Shown here in pieces: positions 23,101 through 32,182 of a stretch of 64,000 nt of DNA. Source of the stretch: Verrucomicrobiota bacterium (GTDB taxonomy: Bacteria > Verrucomicrobiota > Verrucomicrobiia > Limisphaerales > CANJXF01). The number at the start of each line of letters is the position of its first letter. Positions within the stretch are counted from its first letter, which is position 1. The stretch lies in NCBI GenBank assembly GCA_038214755.1, contig JBBQRQ010000012.1:1-64000 (forward strand), read 5' to 3'. Both the position numbers and the translations under genes were made by a program. The notes under the pieces were generated by a model. The model ran no database searches. It was not told the origin of the DNA and worked only from the letters and a program-made list of their open reading frames with translations.

Positions 23101-23581
23101 TCGTGCCACCCACGGAATCAAAAGAGCCCCCCAATAAAATCTTTCCATCGGGCTGCACAGCCAAGCTATTCACAATGGAGCTGGCATTGGGATTGAATTC
23201 GCTGTCCAACGTCCGGTCGGCATTCAAACGCGCGATGTAAGTGCGAGTCGCGCCGCCCATGGATCGAAAAATACCTCCCAATAAAATCTTCCCATCCGAC
23301 TGTATCGCCATACTATACACACTGCCGTCGGCATTGAGATTGAATGCGCTGTCCAAAGTCCCGTCCGCGTTCAAATGCGCAATGAAGTCGCGTCTTGCGT
23401 TCCCCACGGTGGTAAATCTTCCTCCCAGCAACATCTTTCCACTGGACTCCACGGCCAAACTATACACAACGCCGCTGGCATTCGGGTTAAAGCCTAAATC
23501 TACGTCTCCAGCCGCCGCGTGAACCCACTGAGGGAAAAAAAGTCCAAAAATTAAACCCAAGGAAACAATTACATTTTTCAT
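20130..23581 (-). pseudogene. Delta-60-repeat beta-propeller surface protein, split by a 1-bp frameshift near 22203 (about 1150 aa if restored; may be a sequencing error)
   Basis: ORFs 21869-23581 and 20130-22169; 6+7 40-aa GKILLGG...RLNADGTLDxxFNP repeats. The Ig-like domain reads ...SLAS then SLVGEAASEYELDTNG in the next frame. Confidence 0.85.
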
Positions 23582-23704
23582 AATCTTATAAGAATAAGCT
23601 TTCGTAGATTAGCTCATGGTTTTGTTAAGAGGCTGAGATTGTGCAGGAGTGGAAAGATCATCAGGTTTGTTTTCATAATCATGCATTGATGTGTCATTAC
23701 TCCT

Positions 23705-23733
23705 TTCAAAAGGATTGGCCGGGGAGAGTTACA
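23705..23733 (-). promoter_or_regulatory. Putative ECF promoter TGTAAC-N15-CTTTTGAA
   Basis: Upstream of the delta-60 gene; near-identical to 19731-19759. Confidence 0.7.
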
Positions 23734-23749
23734 ACAAATTGCAAAAAAA

Positions 23750-23813
23750 ATCGTTGAAGCGGTAAATCGTTGAAGCGTTAAAGCGTTAAAGCGTTAAAGC
23801 GTTGAAGTGTTAA
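23750..23813. repeat. Octamer tandem repeat (AKCGTTRA)n
   Basis: About 8 units; the same unit occurs at 29608-29666 and near 29830. Confidence 0.8.
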
Positions 23814-23988
23814 ACTCGAATTCCGAAGTTGAAACGCAGGATGAAGATGGGGGAGCGCACGCCTCCGGCGTGTGGTTTTCGGCGTCGCGCCGAAAACTCG
23901 TTCCACACTATTGTCCCCTCTGGAAAAGTTTATGGACAAAGGTTCGGGCGCGACGCCCGAACCGGCACGCGAGGACGCGCGCGCTCCC
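23814..23988. mobile_element. Orphan family-1 TIR followed by a GGGAGCGC...GCGCTCCC palindromic element
   Basis: TAA|ACTCGAATTCCGAA at 23811-23827; palindrome 23851-23988 related to 63468-63584. Confidence 0.7.
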
Positions 23989-24044
23989 ATGCCTACAGCC
24001 TTTCCCCCTTGTCAACCAGGCTCCCGGGGCGCAGAATATCGGTC

Positions 24045-24401
24045 GTGAGTAAAAATGATGTCTCAGTCCTTGGGCCGGCTCTCACGCCAGAGGTGCCGCC
24101 GCTGCGGATGGACGCAGAAAAGGTGATCCGCATCGGGACGACGCGGGTGACGCTCGATACAATGGTGGCGGCATTTCAGCGCGGAGATACACCGGAAGAG
24201 ATCGCTCGCAATTACGATGCGCTGTCGCTTGGCGAGGTCTATCAAGCCATCGGTTACTACCTGGCACACCAAACCGACATGGATGCGTATTTGGAGCGAC
24301 GGCAGGTATCACGCGCGTCAGTCCAAAAAGAGGTGGAGGCACAGCATAACCCGAATGGCATTCGCGAGCGCCTGCTGGCGCGCCGGAGGCAACCCGTCTG
24401 A
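24045..24401 (+). CDS. DUF433 domain protein (antitoxin-like)
   Basis: RIGTTRVTLD...GDTPEEI...LSLGEVYQAIGYY; GTG start inferred. Confidence 0.85.
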   Translation: MSKNDVSVLGPALTPEVPPLRMDAEKVIRIGTTRVTLDTMVAAFQRGDTPEEIARNYDALSLGEVYQAIGYYLAHQTDMDAYLERRQVSRASVQKEVEAQHNPNGIRERLLARRRQPV

Positions 24402-24754
24402 TGCTCCGGTTCGCCGCCGACGAAAATTTCAACGGTGCTATCGTTCGCGGCCTGCTCCGTCGGCAACCCACACTGGATTTGGTTCGCGTTCAGGACACCG
24501 GCCACTCGGGGATCAATGATCCTGACTTGCTGGCATGGGCGGCGCGTGAGCAGCGTGTGATCCTGTCGCATGACGTAGCGACGTTGCGGCAGTATGCCGA
24601 AGATCGAGTCCGCGCGGGACTACCAATGCCCGGCGTCTTCGAAGTGGGTGAGCATCTCTCGATTCGCGAGGCTATCGAGGATTTGTTGCTGATCGCCGAG
24701 TGTAGCCAGCAAGGTGAATGGGAAGGACAAGTTTATTTCCTTCCGTTGCAGTAA
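24401..24754 (+). CDS. DUF5615 PIN-like toxin
   Basis: FAADENF...D..LL.WA...R.ILSHD; TGATG coupling to the DUF433 gene. Confidence 0.85.
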   Translation: MLRFAADENFNGAIVRGLLRRQPTLDLVRVQDTGHSGINDPDLLAWAAREQRVILSHDVATLRQYAEDRVRAGLPMPGVFEVGEHLSIREAIEDLLLIAECSQQGEWEGQVYFLPLQ

Positions 24755-24932
24755 CCCCGAACTCCGAAATGGAACGCGGGAACAGGAACGGAGCGCGGCG
24801 GTAAAGCCCCGTACTCGTGCGGCGGCGGCCGCGGGGGGGTTCCCCCCCCCCCAAACCTCCCCCGGGGCCGCCCCCGCCCCCCCCCCCCCGCTCCGGCACA
24901 ACTTTACACGCACGCTACTTCGGAGTTCGGGG
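24755..24932. mobile_element. MITE-like element family 1 (perfect 14-bp TIR, TAA duplication)
   Basis: TAA|CCCCGAACTCCGAA...TTCGGAGTTCGGGG|TAA. The left TAA is the DUF5615 stop. Interior has suspicious poly-C/G runs. Confidence 0.85.
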
Positions 24933-24975
24933 TAAGTCTGACCCGGCGGCGCCGGTGACTGTGATCTCTCGCCCT

Positions 24976-27828
24976 TTACTTCTTCTCAACCCCGCCTTTG
25001 TTGAACTCAATCAGCTTCTGCTTCCATTCGGTGGCTTGGTCGGACCGGCCCGTTTCTTCGTAGAACTGCACGATGCGTTCGAGAGCTTCTTTCAGACGCA
25101 CTTTTTTATCGCGAGGAATTTTTTCCTCCCGTTGTCTCATGCCCTCATAGCCGGAGAGCAGCAGCGTCTCAGCTTCGGCGTATTTCTTTTGGCCGAGCAG
25201 ATCGGCTCCAAGCCGGCTGCGGGCATTGAAAGTGATCCACTCCTCCGGCACTTTCTTTTCGCGGATGACCAGGCATTCGCGGGTGAACACTTCGGCCTCA
25301 GCGAACTTACCCTGGTCCCGCAGCATGACGGCGAGATTATCCATTGAGATGGCCAGGATCGTATCCTCCTGATTAAAAATTTTACGGCGGATGCGCAGCG
25401 CCTCGCGCGCGGCGGTTTCCGCCTCGGGCAAGTTGTGCAGGTCGCGAAGGATGAAGGCCAGGCTGTTGAGCGACCAGGCGACATCGCCGTGCTCGTCACC
25501 CAGGAGTCGGCGGCGCATCGCCAGTGCTTCGCGGTTCATGGTTTCCGCCTGGGCAAGCTTGCCCTGATTCCAGAGTGCGACCGCCAGGTTATTGAGTGAG
25601 ACGGCCAGTTCGTTATGCTCGGGACCCAGGAGTTTTTGCTGCATGGCCAGGGCCTCGCGAAAAACTACTTCGGCCTCGGCCTGCTTCTCCTGCTCCCAAA
25701 GAATCGTGCCCAGATTGTTAATAGACAGGGCGAGGGTCGGATGTTCAGGTCCAATCACTTTGCGCATAATGGTGATGCCTTCACGCTGCAAGGACTCCGC
25801 CTCGGCCAGGTTGCCTCGCCCCCAAAGCGCACTCGACAGGTTCGCGAGCGAAAACGTGAGGTCCAGATCGTCGCTGCTGAGGATTTTTCTGCGAAGAGCC
25901 AAGGCTTCGCGGAGTATGACTTCGGCCTCGGCTAGTTTGCGTTCGGCGGTCAGGACGACGCCGAGGTTGTTGAGCGACACGGCCAGATCAGGGTGCTTGT
26001 CGCCTAGAATCTTTCGTCGCAATGCCAGGGCCTGGCGGTGGGTAGCTTCGGCTTCGGACAACTTGCCCTGGTGCCAGAGCACCGTGCCCAGCCCAGTCAG
26101 CGACTCTGCAACGGTGGTATCGTTGCTGCCTAAGAGCTTGCGCCTCATGCTCAGTGCCTGACGGTGAAGGGTCTCGGCCTCCGCGAATTTGTCCTGGTAC
26201 ATGAGCACGACGGCTAGGTTGTCGAGTGAAGTGGCTACTTCAGGATGCTCGCTGCCAAAGAGCTTGGTCCGCATCGCCAACGCGGCGCGAAACATCTCTT
26301 CAGCTTTCCTGGAGTCTCCCAGGTTTCCATAGACTTCGCCGATGGTGTTTCGCAGTTCGGCTTCCACGCCGGGCTGTTTGCCCAACTCTCGACCCACTCG
26401 CTCGGCGGTCTTATCCAAAATCTCCCGCAGCATCTTCGTGTCGCGGCCCTTCGCGACGGACGGTCCGACCCCGCTGAGCATGTTCTTGAGGAACTGAGCC
26501 ACTTGCTGGCTCTTGGCCGCTTCGCTCGCAACGCGCTGGCGCGCCTGGCGTTCTTTGAGAAACAACCAGGTGGACATTCCCAAACCGAGCAAGAGCGCAA
26601 TCGTCACCGCGCCGACCGCAGCGAAGGCCAGTTTGTTTCGGCGAACCAGTTTCTGGAAACGGTAGAGATTGCTGGGCGGGCGGGCCACCACGGCTTCGTT
26701 GTCGAGGAAACGTTGGAGGTCGCGCGCAAAACCGTTGGCGGTGTCGTAACGGCGCGTGCGGTCTTTCTCCAGCGCCTTCATCACGATCCAATCAAGATCG
26801 CCACGCAGGAGGTTTGGCAACTTGGTTGAGTCGATTTGGCGGCGTTGCGCTACGGTGGTCAGTTCCTGTTCCGTCAGAGTCGTCAACCGAGCCGAGGGAC
26901 GAGGCGGTTCCTTTTCGCGAATGGTGCGCAGGATTTCGTCGAGAGCCGAGCGAACAAATTGTTCCGAGTCGAATGGCTGCTGGCCGGTTAATAATTCATA
27001 AAGCAGCACGCCGAGGCTGTAAATGTCGCTGCGCGTGTCAATGTCCAGTCCGCCCAGGCCAGCTTGTTCCGGGCTCATGTAGGCGGGTGTGCCGATGAAT
27101 TGCTCAAAGGCGGTGAAGAGAGTTTTGTCCGTGAGCCGCTGGTCGGTGGTGGCCTTGGCGATGCCGAAGTCAATGATCTTGGGCATCGATGCGCCGTCCT
27201 GTTCGGTGACGAGAATGTTCGAGGGTTTGAGATCGCGATGGATAATTCCCTTCTGGTGCGCGTGCTGAACGGCTTGGCAGACCGAAATGAAAAGATCAAG
27301 GCGCTGGCGTGTGGAAAGCTTTTGCTCGTCGCAGTAACTGGTGATTTTGACACCGCGCACCAACTCCATGACGAAGTAGGGACGGCCTGTCGGCGAGGCA
27401 CCGCCATCAAGGACTTTGGCAATGTTCGGATGGTCCATCATGGCCAACGCCTGCCGCTCGGCTTCGAAGCGAGCGATGACGCTGCGCGTGTCCATGCCGA
27501 GCTTGATGACCTTGAGCGCGACGCGGCGGCGAACCGGTTCTTCCTGCTCGGCCATATAGACCACGCCGCAACCGCCTTCGCCGATTTGCTCAAGGAGTTT
27601 GTAGTGGCCGATGCGGTCGCCGGGTTTTTCCGCAAGAGGTAGGGCGGGTCTCTCCGAGCGCGCCGAATTAGTCGTGTCAGAAACTTCGGCGGCTTCTTCG
27701 GCGGAATTTTCTTCCGAGGTCAGGCCGAGTTGCAGCAAGCATTTCAGGCAATGGCCGCCGGGCGCGTCGGGCGGCAATTCCGCGCCGCACCGCGAACATT
27801 TTTGTGATTCAATCATGACTGCGTGCAT
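24976..27828 (-). CDS. Membrane Ser/Thr protein kinase with extracytoplasmic TPR array
   Basis: N-terminal CxxC...Cxx[22 protein letters not shown], one TM segment, multiple 42-aa TPR units. Confidence 0.95.
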   Translation of the reverse strand: MHAVMIESQKCSRCGAELPPDAPGGHCLKCLLQLGLTSEENSAEEAAEVSDTTNSARSERPALPLAEKPGDRIGHYKLLEQIGEGGCGVVYMAEQEEPVRRRVALKVIKLGMDTRSVIARFEAERQALAMMDHPNIAKVLDGGASPTGRPYFVMELVRGVKITSYCDEQKLSTRQRLDLFISVCQAVQHAHQKGIIHRDLKPSNILVTEQDGASMPKIIDFGIAKATTDQRLTDKTLFTAFEQFIGTPAYMSPEQAGLGGLDIDTRSDIYSLGVLLYELLTGQQPFDSEQFVRSALDEILRTIREKEPPRPSARLTTLTEQELTTVAQRRQIDSTKLPNLLRGDLDWIVMKALEKDRTRRYDTANGFARDLQRFLDNEAVVARPPSNLYRFQKLVRRNKLAFAAVGAVTIALLLGLGMSTWLFLKERQARQRVASEAAKSQQVAQFLKNMLSGVGPSVAKGRDTKMLREILDKTAERVGRELGKQPGVEAELRNTIGEVYGNLGDSRKAEEMFRAALAMRTKLFGSEHPEVATSLDNLAVVLMYQDKFAEAETLHRQALSMRRKLLGSNDTTVAESLTGLGTVLWHQGKLSEAEATHRQALALRRKILGDKHPDLAVSLNNLGVVLTAERKLAEAEVILREALALRRKILSSDDLDLTFSLANLSSALWGRGNLAEAESLQREGITIMRKVIGPEHPTLALSINNLGTILWEQEKQAEAEVVFREALAMQQKLLGPEHNELAVSLNNLAVALWNQGKLAQAETMNREALAMRRRLLGDEHGDVAWSLNSLAFILRDLHNLPEAETAAREALRIRRKIFNQEDTILAISMDNLAVMLRDQGKFAEAEVFTRECLVIREKKVPEEWITFNARSRLGADLLGQKKYAEAETLLLSGYEGMRQREEKIPRDKKVRLKEALERIVQFYEETGRSDQATEWKQKLIEFNKGGVEKK

Positions 27829-27833
27829 TCACA

Positions 27834-27862
27834 TTCTAAAGCAAAGGCGAGCGGAAGTTACA
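27834..27862 (-). promoter_or_regulatory. Putative ECF promoter TGTAAC-N15-CTTTAGAA
   Basis: Same boxes and spacing as the two copies above; ends 5 nt before the kinase ATG. Confidence 0.65.
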
Positions 27863-27865
27863 AAG

Positions 27866-27955
27866 TTCGTAGCAGCCGAGGTAACGAGGCTCTGATTTGT
27901 TTCCGCGTTCCGAGTTCCGAGTTAAAATGAGCCTCGTTACCTCGGCTGCTACGAA
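27866..27955. repeat. GTAG...CTAC palindromic element, 27-bp perfect arms
   Basis: TTCGTAGCAGCCGAGGTAACGAGGCTC / GAGCCTCGTTACCTCGGCTGCTACGAA; contains the sigma gene stop codon. Confidence 0.9.
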
Positions 27956-28668
27956 GTGGAGATGGCCGCAAAGAGATGGCGGATTTCATCATCAATTTCC
28001 TCCGGGCTGGAAACGGTATGAGCGATTTCGCTGCGCAAGATTTCGCCGAAGCGTCGTCGCAATCGGTGCAACGCGACTTTTACCGCGCCTTCACTCATGC
28101 CCAACTCACCGGCCCATTCTGCGTGCGAGCCAGCAGTCACGTCGCGGGTGAGAGACGGCTCCAGTTTCGCAAAGACATCGGCTTTGCCTCCGGTGATATA
28201 TTCCTGCTTCAGCCGCCCGAGCGCCTGTTCGATGATCGCGCTGGCCCACCGTCGCTCGAAAAGTTTCTCCGGCGTGAGCGATTCTCCTGCTTCACGCAGA
28301 TAAAGCCCCTCAGCCGCGGCCTCGTCCAGAGAGATGATCTGGTGATGGCCACCTCGTTTCAAAGTCTGGCCCTTGTCCCATTCGTTCGCCAAAAAATTTG
28401 TGAGAGCAGCCAGGAGGAAGGTGCGAAACTTGCCTTTGTTCCGGTCCACTTTCTTCAGCGTTTCCTTTTCCAGGAGGAATGCGAAGAACGCCTGTGTCAA
28501 ATCCTCCGCCTCATGGTGGCCGAAGCCACGCCGTCGAACGAACGCGTAAATGGGATACCAGTAACCCCGGCACAACCGCTCCAACGCGGCGGCGGCGCGA
28601 GCGAAGTCAGTTTGTCCGGCGGCGAGCACTACGCTCCAATGCGTCGCGGAAAAAACGCTGGCCTTCAC
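27949..28668 (-). CDS. ECF sigma-70 factor, kinase-associated type
   Basis: FxxTHWSVV N-terminus, EAEDLTQAFF region 2, LGMSEGAVKVALHRLR region 4. Confidence 0.92.
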   Translation of the reverse strand: MKASVFSATHWSVVLAAGQTDFARAAAALERLCRGYWYPIYAFVRRRGFGHHEAEDLTQAFFAFLLEKETLKKVDRNKGKFRTFLLAALTNFLANEWDKGQTLKRGGHHQIISLDEAAAEGLYLREAGESLTPEKLFERRWASAIIEQALGRLKQEYITGGKADVFAKLEPSLTRDVTAGSHAEWAGELGMSEGAVKVALHRLRRRFGEILRSEIAHTVSSPEEIDDEIRHLFAAISTS

Positions 28669-28807
28669 ACTTCCCCTCCCACTTCCCCCGTTTCATGTTC
28701 GGCGCGCTCCATGGGTTTGGAGACAGTCCTAGCAAAAGTCCGGCAAAGGACAAACCAATTCCGCGAGCCGGGTCAAGTTGGGTGCATTTCGGAAGTGCCC
28801 GGCCAAA

Positions 28808-28875
28808 GTAGCGCAGTGCGTCTCGCCTGCGCAGGGAAAAGGAAACAAGACTGCAGGCGAGACGCACTGCGCTAC
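28808..28875. repeat. GTAG...CTAC palindromic element, 23-bp perfect arms
   Basis: GTAGCGCAGTGCGTCTCGCCTGC / GCAGGCGAGACGCACTGCGCTAC. Confidence 0.9.
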
Positions 28876-28907
28876 TATAGCGGTCCCCGCCACTCTAAAA
28901 ATTCCAA

Positions 28908-28936
28908 TTGACAATTCAAACGTGTGTTTGAAATAT
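28908..28936 (+). promoter_or_regulatory. Sigma70 promoter with overlapping TetR-type operator
   Basis: TTGACA at 28908-28913 followed by the palindrome TTCAAAC-GTGT-GTTTGAA (28915-28932). Confidence 0.7.
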
Positions 28937-28960
28937 CTATTTGAAGTGCGAAAACAAATC

Positions 28961-29614
28961 ATGGTTGCGCCACTCAAAACGGATTCCATCCAGGCGGAAA
29001 CCCGCCATCAACTCATCGAAGCGGCGGGAGAAGTTTTTGCTGAAGCCGGGTTTCGCGCCGCCACCGTCCGCGCGATTTGCGAACGCGCTCACGCCAACAT
29101 CGCTGCCGTTAATTACCATTTTGGCGACAAAGAAAAATTGTATCTCGAAGTTCTGCGGCACACGCAGGAACAGGCTATTAAAAAATATCCAACCAACCTC
29201 GGCCTGAAAAAAGATGCATCTCCCGCACTGCGACTCAAAGCGTTCATTCGTTCCTTTCTGTTTCGCATTTTCGATGAAGGCCCCATCGCGTGGCATGGCA
29301 AATTGATGTCGCGCGAAATGATCGAACCCACGGCCGCGCTTGATGCGTTGGTCGCCGAAAAAATTCGTCCGCAAGCCCAACAGCTTTCCGCCATCATCCG
29401 CGAATTGCTCGGCTCGGGCGCGAGCGCGCGACAGGCGCGGCTGTGCGGCATGAGCGTCGTCAGCCAATGCCTTTTTTATCATCACTGCCGCCCGGTGGTG
29501 TCGCGGCTTTTTCCCGAACAAAAATTTTCACGGAGCGACATTGAAGATTTGGCCGAGCACATCGCCAGCTTTTCTCTCGCGGCTATTAAACAGCTTGGGA
29601 AGAAGAATCGTTAA
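28961..29614 (+). CDS. TetR family regulator with CerR-type C-terminal domain
   Basis: GFRAATVRAIC...NIAAVNYHFGDKEKLY helix-turn-helix. Confidence 0.9.
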   Translation: MVAPLKTDSIQAETRHQLIEAAGEVFAEAGFRAATVRAICERAHANIAAVNYHFGDKEKLYLEVLRHTQEQAIKKYPTNLGLKKDASPALRLKAFIRSFLFRIFDEGPIAWHGKLMSREMIEPTAALDALVAEKIRPQAQQLSAIIRELLGSGASARQARLCGMSVVSQCLFYHHCRPVVSRLFPEQKFSRSDIEDLAEHIASFSLAAIKQLGKKNR

Positions 29615-29698
29615 ATGGATAAGTGGTTAAATCGTTAAATCGTTGAATCGTTGAATCGTTGAATCGATGCACACCTTGAGAGTGCTACGCGGGCTGAA

Positions 29699-29799
29699 TA
29701 GTGGAGCAGGCTTCCAGCCTGTCACAGCGGGCATCTTGCCCGCGAATCGTGGTTCTGGGGCTGGAAGCCCCATTGGCAGACAGGATGTCTGCCCCACTA
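29699..29799. repeat. Palindromic element (GTGGAGCAG...CTGCCCCAC) embedded in octamer repeats
   Basis: Imperfect inverted arms with four internal hairpins. Confidence 0.7.
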
Positions 29800-29860
29800 C
29801 TTGGTCGCAGTGGCACGATGCGCATATCGAATCGTTGAATCGTAAATCGTAAATTCCGCC

Positions 29861-31000
29861 ATGTATCATCTCGCCCTCAAAATGCTTTTCGCCGATCGAG
29901 CGAAATACATCATGCTCGTCAGCGGTTTGACTTTCGCCGCGCTGTTGATGACGCAACAAGCGGCGGTTTTTTTCGGCTTGCTCGATTGGACGCTCGGCAA
30001 TTTGAAAAACATGCGCGCTGAAATTTGGGTCGTGGATCCAAAAGTCGAGCAGGCCAACGAAATCAAGCCGATGCGTGACACCGATGTCAGCCGCGTTCGT
30101 TCCGTGCAAGGCGTCGCGTGGGCCGTGCCGATGTTTTGGTCTGTGCAACAAGCGCGTTTGCAGGACGGCAGTTTCAAACCGATTCAAATCGTCGGCATCG
30201 ACAGCACGACGATGATTGGCCGGCCTGGAAATATCACCGCCGGAAAACTGGAAGATTTGCGCCTGCCCAACACCGTCATCATTGACGACATGGCGGTGGA
30301 ACGGCTCAGTCGCGGACGTGCGAAAAAAATCGGCATTGGCGACACTTTTGAAATCAACGACAAAGAGGCGCGCATCGTCGGACTTTGCAAAACGGAGAAA
30401 TCTTTTTTCGGCTATCCGTATGTTTTCACGACCTACGACCAAGCGCTCCAGTTTGCGCCGAAGACACGCAAAATGTTGAGCTTCGTTCTGGCGCATCCCG
30501 CGTCCGGCTGGACGGCGGAACAAACCGTCAAACAAATCAAAAAGGAAACCGGTCTTGGCGCCTACACGGAGAAACAATTTTCCATTTCCACTGTGATTTG
30601 GTTTTTCAAAAACACCGGAATTCCGATGTCGTTCGCGACGACAATTTTACTCGGCTTCATCGTCGGCGTCGCGATTGCGGGGCAAACTTTTTATTCGTTC
30701 ATCCTCGAAAATCTCCGGCACATCGGCGCGCTCAAAGCGATGGGCGCAGGCGACTGGCTATTGACGCGCATGGTGCTGCTGCAATCGTTCACCGTCGGCA
30801 TCATCGGCTACGGGATTGGAATCGGCTTGACGGTTTTGTTTGGCGTTTTGGTTTTGCAAAAAGGAATGCCGCCCTTCGCGCTGCCTTATCAACTGCCGCT
30901 CATCACTTTTTTGGTCATCATGTTTATCTGCGCTTTCTCGGCGGTGCTGGGAATTTTGAAAATCCGGAAACTGGAACCGGCGATTGTTTTTCGCGGATAA
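29861..31000 (+). CDS. ABC transporter permease (DevC/MacB-FtsX type)
   Basis: TM, periplasmic domain, then 3 TM; GALKAMGA motif. Confidence 0.9.
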   Translation: MYHLALKMLFADRAKYIMLVSGLTFAALLMTQQAAVFFGLLDWTLGNLKNMRAEIWVVDPKVEQANEIKPMRDTDVSRVRSVQGVAWAVPMFWSVQQARLQDGSFKPIQIVGIDSTTMIGRPGNITAGKLEDLRLPNTVIIDDMAVERLSRGRAKKIGIGDTFEINDKEARIVGLCKTEKSFFGYPYVFTTYDQALQFAPKTRKMLSFVLAHPASGWTAEQTVKQIKKETGLGAYTEKQFSISTVIWFFKNTGIPMSFATTILLGFIVGVAIAGQTFYSFILENLRHIGALKAMGAGDWLLTRMVLLQSFTVGIIGYGIGIGLTVLFGVLVLQKGMPPFALPYQLPLITFLVIMFICAFSAVLGILKIRKLEPAIVFRG

Positions 31001-31062
31001 ACGCTCGCTGACAATGAGTCACCATTTCAAAATTCATTCCTACTTGGGAGGAAATCCATTTT

Positions 31063-31210
31063 TCATTAACACCGCGGCTTCAGCGCGGTGTTTGAGGATG
31101 CGAAAACGCACGAACCGTTTTAACGGTTTTCATCTCGCGGGAAAACCGTTGAAACGGTTGAAGAACTTATTTCGCGTTCCCAACACCTCGTTAAAACGAG
31201 GTGTTAATGA
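31063..31210. repeat. Multi-hairpin palindromic element
   Basis: TCATTAACACC...GGTGTTAATGA termini; internal AACCGTT..AACGGTT hairpins. Confidence 0.8.
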
Positions 31211-31243
31211 GAACGGCAAGGTGACGGAGAAATACATTTCGTT

Positions 31244-31993
31244 TTGAACACCGAGACAATTAATAATTCCAAAAATGGTTTTGCCGTTCACGTCCGCAAC
31301 GTGAGCAAAACTTTTGGAACGGGCGAAGCGAAAACGCAGGCGCTCAAAGGGGTGGACTTCGACGCGCGCGAGGGCGAACTGCTCATGATCGTCGGCCCGT
31401 CCGGCTGCGGGAAAACCACTTTGCTCAGCGTCATTGCGGGCACGCTGGAATTTGAAACGGGCGAAGTGGATGTTTTTCGCGCGCGCCTGCATTCGATGGG
31501 CAAGAGCGAGATCACGACTTTTCGCGGACGCAACATCGGTTTTATTTTTCAGCAATTTAATTTAATTCCCACGTTGTCCTGCGTCGAGAATGTGAGCGTG
31601 CCGCTGCTCATCAATGGAGTGAGTCGCACGCGCGCCGAAAAAAAATCCGCCGAAGTTTTGGAACTGGTCGGGCTGCGCGGTCGCGGCAACGAATCGCCGA
31701 TCAATCTTTCGGGCGGGCAACAACAGCGGGTGGCCATCGCGCGCGCCCTCGTGCACGAGCCAAAATTAATTATTTGCGACGAGCCGACCTCGGCGCTCGA
31801 TAAAGATACCGGCCAAAAAATTATGGAACTGCTTCGCGACGTCGCGCGCGCGCCGGGTCGCTGCGTCATTGTCGTGACGCATGACAATCGTATTTTTCAA
31901 TTCGCCGACCGCATGACGGAAATGGAAGATGGCCGCGTCAGCCGTGTGCATGAGGCGCTGGGGAAAAGTGAAAATGTTTTTAACCACGAATAA
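31244..31993 (+). CDS. ABC transporter ATP-binding protein
   Basis: GPSGCGKTT, LSGGQQQRV, DEPT, VTHD. Confidence 0.95.
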   Translation: MNTETINNSKNGFAVHVRNVSKTFGTGEAKTQALKGVDFDAREGELLMIVGPSGCGKTTLLSVIAGTLEFETGEVDVFRARLHSMGKSEITTFRGRNIGFIFQQFNLIPTLSCVENVSVPLLINGVSRTRAEKKSAEVLELVGLRGRGNESPINLSGGQQQRVAIARALVHEPKLIICDEPTSALDKDTGQKIMELLRDVARAPGRCVIVVTHDNRIFQFADRMTEMEDGRVSRVHEALGKSENVFNHE

Positions 31994-32014
31994 AATCAAG
32001 GCGGCGGAAGAATC

Positions 32015-32167
32015 AAAACCACAGACGGACGCAGATGAACACAGATAAAAAAGGGCAAGGAATATCATGATGAATCCAAACACGTCGCTCACTCGGAACA
32101 ATGCTGGAAACGATTTCTTCCAGTTTCCCCTCTTCATCTGCGTCCATCTGCGTCCATCTGTGGTTTT
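32015..32167. repeat. Inverted element built of 10-mer units (CACAGATGRA-like)
   Basis: AAAACCACAGACGGACGCAGATG...CATCTGCGTCCATCTGTGGTTTT. Confidence 0.8.
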
Positions 32168-32182
32168 CTTTTTTAGGTTTTT

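Noticed and set aside
21000..23500. Regular 120-bp repeats suggestive of a CRISPR or DGR array
   Set aside because: They are in-frame delta-60 protein repeats with no unique spacers, and no cas or reverse transcriptase gene is present
23614..23697. 27-codon ORF upstream of the delta-60 gene
   Set aside because: No recognisable features, and its apparent RBS overlaps the promoter motif; insufficient evidence
24820..24895. Poly-G/poly-C tracts as G-quadruplex or phase-variation site
   Set aside because: They lie inside a hairpin-rich element and look like low-quality base calls; cannot be supported without reads
29668..29690. GAGTGCTA as half of a CIRCE element
   Set aside because: The left TTAGCACTC half is missing and the context is not a heat-shock gene
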